Virus record (IMG/VR): IMGVR_UViG_3300023174_000056
Coordinates: 96,001 to 160,000 of that record
Strand: one strand, 5' to 3'
Length of the DNA stretch: 64,000 bases
Source: a virus
In this document: piece after piece, positions 52,763-58,947 of the stretch
How the letters are laid out: every line of letters begins with the position of its first letter
How positions within the stretch are numbered: the stretch's first letter is position 1
Position numbers and translations under genes: made by a program
The notes under the pieces: generated by a model
The model's database searches: none
Seen by the model: the letters and a program-made list of their open reading frames with translations, nothing else
What the model was told of the DNA's origin: nothing

Positions 52763-54042
52763 TAAGTTGTGTCCCCAATATGATTTACGTAATCATATAC
52801 TGTAATAGATTTTAACTTATTTTTTAATTCTTGTGAAACATTTAAGTCATCTATTTTTAGCCCTTGCCGTTCCATGCCCTTAATTAGTTCGTAGCCATCT
52901 TTAATATTTTCTTTCTTTAAGAGAATTTGATAAGCTTCAGCTAGAAGCCCCGTGTTGGAAAGATCCCTATCAACTGCCGTCTGGTTAATGGAAAGCGTTT
53001 CTAGACCCGCTAGCGTCGATTTATAGGCCACTACTGAATGTCCCAGAGCGACACCAATGTTACGCATTACTGTTGAGTCTGTAAGGTCACGTTGCATTCT
53101 TGAAATTTGTAACTTATCTGACATAAAAGACAGCAAACAGTTTGCCAATTCAAGATTGCCTTCTGCATTCTCAAAATGAATTGGATTCACTTTTTGAGGC
53201 ATTGTAGAAGAACCAACTTCATCAGCAGTTACAGTTTGTTTGAAATAACCATAAGAATTATACATCCAGATATCACGGCAAAGATCAATTAAAATGTTAT
53301 TGATCATGCGAATACGATCAAAATATTCGCTGATACATTTGTTATTTGCAACTTGTGTTGTGTATGATTCTGGGTCTATATCGTATTTACGAAGAAACAG
53401 ATCGGCAAAATTTAGCCAATCATGGTCTGGATAAGCAATATAGTGTGCTGAGAGATTACCTACTGCTCCACCGAACTTAGCCTCAAACGGATGATCCTTT
53501 GTTTCCGACCAGACTTCTTGTAAGCGAGACATATAGACATACATCTCTTTATCAAAGAGAGTTGGAACTGCAAGTTGTCCATGTGTTCTAGCGGGGAACA
53601 CACAAGCATTTTTCTCTGCAAATGTGACAATAGAATTAATTAAATCAGTCATATAGTACGACATTTCGCTTTGATTAAAGCGATCAAGCATCGTACTGGT
53701 TGCAAGACTGTTAATGTCTTGGCTGGTCAAGCCAAAATGAATCATGTGATCGTGTGGGATATTAAAATGTTTGAATCTTTCACGAAGATAATATTCAATC
53801 GCTTTAATATCGTGACGAGTTTTTTCTTCAATAACTTTAATATGTACTGGTTGGATATCATCCCAAATATGTGTGATCCAAAAACGGTCTGTGTCGTTTA
53901 GCGGTAGCTTTAATTCTTCACAAAGAGCAACAAAATAATCAAGTTCAATACGTGCTTTTAATTTAAGCATCGCATCTTCGCTAAAGTAATCATTCAGTTC
54001 ACGAACTTTTTGGAAGTACCGATCATCAAGCGGAGATAACAT
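52762..54042 (-). CDS. purB: Adenylosuccinate lyase
   Basis: SPLD.RY, T.HD.KA.EY, HFGLTSQDIN, RTHGQ.A.PT, KFGGAVGN, GSSTMPQKVNPI.FENAEGN, SR.QRDLTDST..RN.G. Confidence 0.93.
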   Translation of the reverse strand: MLSPLDDRYFQKVRELNDYFSEDAMLKLKARIELDYFVALCEELKLPLNDTDRFWITHIWDDIQPVHIKVIEEKTRHDIKAIEYYLRERFKHFNIPHDHMIHFGLTSQDINSLATSTMLDRFNQSEMSYYMTDLINSIVTFAEKNACVFPARTHGQLAVPTLFDKEMYVYMSRLQEVWSETKDHPFEAKFGGAVGNLSAHYIAYPDHDWLNFADLFLRKYDIDPESYTTQVANNKCISEYFDRIRMINNILIDLCRDIWMYNSYGYFKQTVTADEVGSSTMPQKVNPIHFENAEGNLELANCLLSFMSDKLQISRMQRDLTDSTVMRNIGVALGHSVVAYKSTLAGLETLSINQTAVDRDLSNTGLLAEAYQILLKKENIKDGYELIKGMERQGLKIDDLNVSQELKNKLKSITVYDYVNHIGDTT

Positions 54043-54209
54043 TATTCACCCCAATATTCTTCTTGCATATCAGTTCCAACTTCGCTCCAATGCATATACA
54101 TTTCAAACCACTCTGGAAATGATTTTGTTTCTACTCCAAGATTTTTCATGTTTTGTATAAACGTTGGGAGTGATGTTTTAATTTGTTCTTCAAATTCTTT
54201 AAGCGTCAT
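54042..54209 (-). CDS. 55-aa hypothetical protein (below the ORF-track cutoff)
   Basis: MTLKEFEEQIKTSLP...EYWGE*. The stop overlaps the purB start. Confidence 0.55.
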   Translation of the reverse strand: MTLKEFEEQIKTSLPTFIQNMKNLGVETKSFPEWFEMYMHWSEVGTDMQEEYWGE

Positions 54210-54213
54210 TTAT

Positions 54214-54906
54214 TTACTCATTTTCTTTATAAAATCTATTTTTAGATAGGTTTTCTTCTGCTAACAACGGTTGAAGATTTTTATAGTTAAAGCATTCTAG
54301 CCTTTGCTCTTTAATAGTCATATCAAATAAGCAACAAGGTTTTATATGGTCTACATGCCATTTAGTACCATAGTTATCCCAAGACATATCAGAAGAAAAT
54401 TTAGATTCTAAATATTTTTTTAGTTCTTCAATAGAACAACCAATAAGTTCTTGAAAGTTTTCTTTTTTGTTTCCATTCTTTAAAGCGTGCCAAATTCTAC
54501 TTCTTAAGTTTTGTTGCAGCCGAAGATTTATATTATTTTTCTTTTTATTAATAAGCTTTTGATTAATACGTTTTTTATTGGCTTGATAATATTTTTTCTT
54601 AGACTCTTTTAATTTTTCTTTATTTTCTTCTCTATATTTGCGAGAGCGTTCTTTTTCTTTAGATAAAAATTTTTCATCTTCTTTTCTTCTTTGTTTTCTC
54701 TCAGAAGAAATTTTATCTTTATTTTTAAGATATCTTTCTTTATTAGATTTATTATATTTTTGTTTATTTAAAGAATAATTTTTATTATCAGATTTTTTTT
54801 TACAATCTTTGCAATATGAAGACAGACCATCAGAAGTATTTTTATTTTTATGAAAATTTTCTATAGACTTCTCAGTTAAACAGTGACCACATTTTTTTTG
54901 TTCCAT
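54214..54906 (-). CDS. HNH homing endonuclease (N-terminal zinc ribbon, Lys-rich linker)
   Basis: KCGHC...YCKDC; IGCS..EL...LE..F...M.W.NYG..WHVDHIKP...CFNY.NLQPL...NLSK. Confidence 0.85.
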   Translation of the reverse strand: MEQKKCGHCLTEKSIENFHKNKNTSDGLSSYCKDCKKKSDNKNYSLNKQKYNKSNKERYLKNKDKISSERKQRRKEDEKFLSKEKERSRKYREENKEKLKESKKKYYQANKKRINQKLINKKKNNINLRLQQNLRSRIWHALKNGNKKENFQELIGCSIEELKKYLESKFSSDMSWDNYGTKWHVDHIKPCCLFDMTIKEQRLECFNYKNLQPLLAEENLSKNRFYKENE

Positions 54907-54938
54907 AATAATATATAGTCTATTCCGAAAAAATGTTC

Positions 54939-55493
54939 CTAAAAATTTAAATTATTATTGGTATATTTAGTGACAAAATCGTTCATTATAATGCTACCAG
55001 CAACGGCAGCATTTAAAGAGCGTACAGAGCCATACTGCTGAATAAACACAAATCTATCACAAATTTCTATCGCTTCTTGTGTAAGTCCGACGCCTTCTTC
55101 GCCAAGAAGAAAAAGGACAGGCTTAGTATATTCAATCCTATCCAAACGGATAGCACCAGCAATAGTATTTTCAACACCAACAATTTCGTATTTTTCCTTC
55201 AACTCTAAAAGTTGTTCGTGTTTTTTTAGATGTATTACATCCGTATAATGGTGTGTGCCAACTGTGCCTCTACGGTCATAGTGTTTATTGCCAATGTAAT
55301 AAACTTCTTTCGCATTAAAACCATTTGCTGATCTTATCACAGATGATAAATTAAAATCACCAAGAAGATTCTCCATCGCAACTGCGTAAGGAAAGGCTTT
55401 AGACTGGAGATCTTTTTTAATTAATTCTGTTGTCCACTTAGTCAAACGATCATACTTGTACTTGTCTGAAATGTTACGGTTGTCTGTGTCCAT
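54939..55493 (-). CDS. SpoU/TrmH-family RNA 2'-O-ribose methyltransferase
   Basis: N....N..S..RSA..F, LGEEGVGL, I.QYG.VRSLN.AVA.SI (SPOUT motifs 1-3). Confidence 0.88.
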   Translation of the reverse strand: MDTDNRNISDKYKYDRLTKWTTELIKKDLQSKAFPYAVAMENLLGDFNLSSVIRSANGFNAKEVYYIGNKHYDRRGTVGTHHYTDVIHLKKHEQLLELKEKYEIVGVENTIAGAIRLDRIEYTKPVLFLLGEEGVGLTQEAIEICDRFVFIQQYGSVRSLNAAVAGSIIMNDFVTKYTNNNLNF

Positions 55494-55508
55494 GCACCTA
55501 CTATATCA

Positions 55509-55793
55509 TCACAAATATCTGGTGTCAACAGAGCCTTGCGGGCCTTCTTCAAAAAAAGGTTTCAAACAATTAAATAATTCTTCTTTAGACGAATCTCCAA
55601 CGCATAACCAGCCAGCAGCAAACGTCTCTGAATACAATTCCCACAGTTCAGCACATTGTTCTGCCGTGGCATAAAATCCTCTATCAAATAGGGCGTCTTG
55701 AATTTTGCTTATATCACTTTTAAATTGTAAATGAAAATTTTCTTTTTTAACTTTAATTGTCCTCAGTGCCATGAGCTTTTTCATTCCTTTCAA
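55509..55793 (-). CDS. Hypothetical protein
   Basis: 94-aa ORF with an LW..YS....AGWL motif. The start may be the ATG at 55772. Confidence 0.55.
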   Translation of the reverse strand: MKGMKKLMALRTIKVKKENFHLQFKSDISKIQDALFDRGFYATAEQCAELWELYSETFAAGWLCVGDSSKEELFNCLKPFFEEGPQGSVDTRYL

Positions 55794-56013
55794 TTTGAGC
55801 TTTGTAAAATTTTATAGAAGATTCAATTGCTTCGTTCATAAATTTATTAAATCTTTTTTGCGACCAACGCTTTAAATTATGATAGTCTTTAAAGCCTTGT
55901 TTAAATTCATCATCAGCTTCAAAAACTATTTGAGCGGACCCGTCTGGGTTATCAATTATTTCTTTTACTTTTAGTAATCCTCCAAATAATTTAGTTTGGT
56001 TTGCTGTTTCCAT
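55753..56013 (-). CDS. Hypothetical protein
   Basis: 86-aa ORF with an NPDGSA motif seen in small phage proteins. Confidence 0.55.
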   Translation of the reverse strand: METANQTKLFGGLLKVKEIIDNPDGSAQIVFEADDEFKQGFKDYHNLKRWSQKRFNKFMNEAIESSIKFYKAQIERNEKAHGTEDN

Positions 56014-56176
56014 TTTTTACAACTTTTCCTATTATTTCTATCAATACTTCACCAATTTTATTAGCTGCTTCAATATCTTCAGCGGACCAATCACACTCAT
56101 TACATAAGAAAAAAGCTTCGTCTACAATTTTTCTTTCGTAGACGAAGCCTTGTTTTTGGCAGCTTTCACATTTCAT
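55991..56176 (-). CDS. Small zinc-finger-like protein
   Basis: CESC...CNEC; AGGT RBS. Confidence 0.5.
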   Translation of the reverse strand: MKCESCQKQGFVYERKIVDEAFFLCNECDWSAEDIEAANKIGEVLIEIIGKVVKNGNSKPN

Positions 56177-56243
56177 TTTGCTACCTATTTTGTTGGTGGA
56201 GAATACTTTATTTGGTGCGAATCAAGTAGTCTACACTATTTAG

Positions 56244-56321
56244 TGGTGGAGCTTCAGGGTACCGCCCCCTGCTGGTTCCTGCTTGCAAAGCAGGCGATCA
56301 CACTATGCAATCCCAAGCCCC
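56244..56321 (-). tRNA. tRNA-Ala(UGC), atypical D/T loops, encoded CCA
   Basis: Acceptor GGGGCTT/AAGCTCC with G3:U70, discriminator A, CCA. Anticodon arm CCTGC-TTTGCAA-GCAGG. T-arm CAGGG-GGCGGTA-CCCTG. Confidence 0.8.
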
Positions 56322-56335
56322 ACTAAGGAGTATAT

Positions 56336-56890
56336 ATGAAAACTATAACACAACCATGCCAGAATTGTAAAGAACTTTTTGAAGCACAATTGCGTGAAGT
56401 AAATAGAGGCAATGCAAAATATTGTTCAAAAAAATGTAGTGCCGAAGGTGTAAAAAATAAACTTTTAGAACGAAACGCAAAAATAAATATTCCAAATACA
56501 GAATGTTCTTACTGCAAAAAAATATTTTATAAAAATAATTCTCAAAAGCAAAATTCTAAAAAAAACTTAAATTTTTGTTGTAGGGAGCACAAAGATCTTG
56601 CACAAAGAATAGAATTTGGTTTAAAAGATTTACAGCCATTACATTATGGATCTGGCGATTCGCATTACAGAGAGATCGCATTCCGTAGCAAAGAACGTAA
56701 ATGTGAACGTTGTGAATACAATAAACACCCAGAAGTCCTAGAAGTTCATCATAAAGACAGAAATAGAGAAAATAATACTATTGAAAATTTATTAGTTCTT
56801 TGTCCAACTTGCCACATGGAAGAACATTTTTTAAATAAAGATGGTAAGTGGAAAACAAAAACGGCAACCCCCGAAGAGATTACCGTCTAA
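56336..56890 (+). CDS. HNH endonuclease with zinc-binding repeats (the only convincing plus-strand gene)
   Basis: AAGGAG RBS; two CxxC..(Y/F)C...C units; CERC...LEVHHKD.N..NN...NL.VLCPTCH...H. Confidence 0.88.
   Translation: MKTITQPCQNCKELFEAQLREVNRGNAKYCSKKCSAEGVKNKLLERNAKINIPNTECSYCKKIFYKNNSQKQNSKKNLNFCCREHKDLAQRIEFGLKDLQPLHYGSGDSHYREIAFRSKERKCERCEYNKHPEVLEVHHKDRNRENNTIENLLVLCPTCHMEEHFLNKDGKWKTKTATPEEITV
56342..56371 (-). promoter_or_regulatory. Putative sigma70 promoter for tRNA-Ala, inside the 5' end of the HNH gene
   Basis: TTTACA-18 bp-TATAGT with an extended -10 TG. Confidence 0.55.
56852..56886 (-). terminator. Intrinsic terminator downstream of tRNA-Gly
   Basis: ACGGTAATCTC-TTCG-GGGGTTGCCGT (11-bp stem with G:U pairs, C(UUCG)G loop) followed by TTTTGTTTT. 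Confidence 0.8.
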
Positions 56891-56893
56891 GTT

Positions 56894-56967
56894 TGGAGCA
56901 GCTAGTCGGATTCGAACCGACGAAACGAACTTGGAAGGATCGTGTGTTACCACTACACCATAGCTGC
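56894..56967 (-). tRNA. tRNA-Gly(UCC), encoded CCA
   Basis: GCAGCTA/TAGCTGC acceptor, U73, D-arm GTGT-AGTGGTA-ACAC, anticodon loop CTTCCAA, T-loop TTCGAAT. Confidence 0.95.
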
Positions 56968-57014
56968 AATAAATAGGTTGTTTTTAACGAGAACAACCAA
57001 AAACTCTTTTTATT

Positions 57015-57209
57015 TTATTTTACTGGTGAAACTGTTGGTGCTGGTGTTACCGATTGTAGTACAGCTCCTGCGTCTACAGTTTCTGTGGTTGTAGTAGTTT
57101 GTGTCACTGCATCAGTAATTTGAGGATTTACTGGTGTAGGAACCGCTTCTACTTTTTTACCACAAGCTGTGGTAGTAATTAGGGCTACGACTGCAAATAG
57201 TACCTTCAT
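57015..57209 (-). CDS. Small Thr/Pro-rich lipoprotein
   Basis: MK plus hydrophobic stretch plus lipobox-like TTAC-G; GGAGA RBS. Confidence 0.6.
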   Translation of the reverse strand: MKVLFAVVALITTTACGKKVEAVPTPVNPQITDAVTQTTTTTETVDAGAVLQSVTPAPTVSPVK

Positions 57210-57218
57210 TTTATTCTC

Positions 57219-57830
57219 CTATTCAATAATTTTGTCTACAAGACCATACTTGAGACAAGTTTTAGCATCAAAATATATATCACGTTTCAAGATATCTTTT
57301 AAGGTGTTTTTTGGAATTTTTGTATATTGACCATAAATTTCATAAATTTTATCCATAAAAACATTGCAATTTTGCATATCATCTTTCATGTCTTCAAATT
57401 TACCCCACATACCACCTGATAATTGGTGAATTAGCATAAAAGAATTTTTTGTGATACTTCTCTTTGGAGCCACAACACTTATAATAGTTCCAGCGCTGGC
57501 AGCACTGCCTTCAACGATAGAATGCACTGGGGCGTTGCTATTACGAATTACATCAACAGCAGCAAAACAATCAAGTAGAGAACCGCCTGGACTATTGATG
57601 TAAAGTTTAATGTCTGGCGGTGTGGGCCATTCAAAATGATTTTGAACAAAAATCAATTCTTTGCTTACACTACGCAATTGTTTATTAAGGTTTAAAATTG
57701 ATTTCTTAGTAACAGAAGAGTAAAAATAGATTGAATTATCTACTGTTTCAATTTCATTTAAATCTTCATCATCTTCGTCTGCGGACGGTTTTGTGGCTAA
57801 ATAAAAAGCATTTTTTGGTAATTTAGTCAT
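57219..57830 (-). CDS. clpP: ClpP-like serine protease
   Basis: I.LYINSPGGS, G.AASAG (catalytic Ser), MLIHQ (His), RD.YFDA...LKYGLVD.I. Confidence 0.85.
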   Translation of the reverse strand: MTKLPKNAFYLATKPSADEDDEDLNEIETVDNSIYFYSSVTKKSILNLNKQLRSVSKELIFVQNHFEWPTPPDIKLYINSPGGSLLDCFAAVDVIRNSNAPVHSIVEGSAASAGTIISVVAPKRSITKNSFMLIHQLSGGMWGKFEDMKDDMQNCNVFMDKIYEIYGQYTKIPKNTLKDILKRDIYFDAKTCLKYGLVDKIIE

Positions 57831-57844
57831 GGCAAGGCTCCAAT

Positions 57845-58132
57845 CTATGCCTTCATCTTACCCTTCTTATTTTTGCTTGTCAAGAGCTTTTCTTCAATTT
57901 CCTCAAGAGCAGCTTTTAATGATGGATCTACACGGCTTTTTACAACATACTGTTGACCACCTACACCTGATCGCTTAATTTTAACTTGATAAGTACCAGT
58001 CTTGTCTTGCGCTTTTACAGACTTCCGAAACGTATCCGCTTCTTCAAACGAAGCAAAATAACGTTCATTTTTCCAAGGCTCACCTTGAACTTGCTTTGTT
58101 GTCTCTTCCATTTTCCTACCCTCCTTCGTCAT
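57845..58132 (-). CDS. Hypothetical protein
   Basis: 95-aa ORF. A GGAGGG RBS supports the alternative start MEETT (58112). Confidence 0.55.
   Translation of the reverse strand: MTKEGRKMEETTKQVQGEPWKNERYFASFEEADTFRKSVKAQDKTGTYQVKIKRSGVGGQQYVVKSRVDPSLKAALEEIEEKLLTSKNKKGKMKA
57855..57883 (-). promoter_or_regulatory. sigma70 promoter for clpP
   Basis: TTGACA-17 bp-TAAGAT within the end of the upstream ORF. Confidence 0.7.
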
Positions 58133-58151
58133 TCCAGACGGCTATAAGAAC

Positions 58152-58180
58152 ACTCTATCAGACCTAAAATTTCTTGTAAA
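58152..58180 (-). promoter_or_regulatory. Putative sigma70 promoter
   Basis: TTTACA-17 bp-TAGAGT with an extended -10 TG. Confidence 0.55.
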
Positions 58181-58518
58181 GAACAAAATAACAGGCGTGT
58201 TATTACACTAAAGCGGAATCTCATTGCATCGCAGAATTCACCTTTTTATCGGTTACTCCACGTCTTCTGGATCTCCACGCCGATACGTTTCTCCTATTCC
58301 CTAACCACCCCGACCTATGATAGATTGCGCCTTACCTAATACGAGGATCTTATGGAGATCGCTCAAATATTACACTTAGTTATTTAAGGGTTTCGTATAA
58401 TATTATTCGGGCTTTTAGCATAGACGCCTTTTCACAAGATTTCTATCTGCACTAGTGGATTTTGCCGCACTCTTTAAAAGATGGCTACCTTTAAGCCAAC
58501 TTCCCGATTATTTTGTTC
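58181..58518 (-). ncRNA. 338-nt structured RNA whose ends form a 23S rRNA H42-H44 (L11-binding, GTPase-associated centre) mimic around a 260-nt insert
   Basis: 11-bp terminal helix GAACAAAATAA/TTATTTTGTTC. 5' part ATCGGGAAGTTGGCTTAAAGGTAGCCATCTTTTAAAGAGT aligns to E. coli 23S 1051-1090. 3' part GTGTAATAACACGCCTGT aligns to 1091-1108. Compensatory changes are present and the RNA has its own promoter. Confidence 0.8.
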
Positions 58519-58527
58519 GTAGATACA

Positions 58528-58570
58528 AGTATGCCACAGAGACTCGGTGTTGTCAAGTCTTCTGTGGCAT
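58528..58570 (-). promoter_or_regulatory. sigma70 promoter embedded in an inverted repeat (drives the rRNA-mimic RNA)
   Basis: TTGACA-17 bp-CATACT with TGn, inside ATGCCACAGAAGAC...GTCTCTGTGGCAT. Confidence 0.7.
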
Positions 58571-58575
58571 TTAGT

Positions 58576-58865
58576 TGGTGGAGGATTTGGGTATCGAACC
58601 CAAGTCTTACAGTCTTTTGTACAAAGTCATTCACAGGATTAGTAGAGTCGTCTACACGTATTACATTTTATTACAGTCTATTACAATTTGCAACTTTCTG
58701 TTTCTAGGCAGTTGCCGCCCAAGAATTACGCTGCTAGAGCGTAGGATTCAAACTCAACGTCTTCGTTGGCTTTTATTGTTTTGTAACATTTATTAGAGTC
58801 TGTTGTGTTACGCAGACTTCCCGCACTTTATATTTCTCTACCGTAATCGAATCCAGTTATCCCCC
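58576..58865 (-). ncRNA. ssrA: tmRNA, 290 nt, tag peptide ANEDVEFESYALAA
   Basis: GGGGGAT/ATCCTCC-A-CCA acceptor with G3:U. 5' GGATTCGA motif. T-arm TTGGG-TTCGATA-CCCAA. PK1 (AGTCTG/CAGACT with GTAACA/TGTTAC). Tag ORF at 58770-58726 ending YALAA*. Confidence 0.95.
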
Positions 58866-58876
58866 TTAGAAGCCTA

Positions 58877-58924
58877 AATAAAAAGATACCACAGGTGCAA
58901 GCTCTTGTCAAGACACCTGTGGTA
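58877..58924 (-). promoter_or_regulatory. Overlapping intrinsic terminator (endolysin gene) and sigma70 promoter (tmRNA)
   Basis: TACCACAGGTG...CACCTGTGGTA hairpin followed by TCTTTTTATTT. Contains TTGACA-17 bp-TATCTT with TGn. Confidence 0.7.
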
Positions 58925-58947
58925 AATTTTAGGAGGATTAAAGCTTT

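Noticed and set aside
54214-54906. Intron-encoded endonuclease
   Set aside because: The flanking genes (55-aa ORF/purB and SpoU) are complete and there is no room for intron structure, so it is treated as free-standing.
58181-58518. Possible RNase P RNA, group I intron or true 23S rRNA gene fragment
   Set aside because: No GAGGAAAGUCC/P4 signature and no recognisable group I P7 core. rRNA similarity stops sharply at the 1051-1108 domain and is split by an insert, so this is neither an rRNA operon nor simple contamination.
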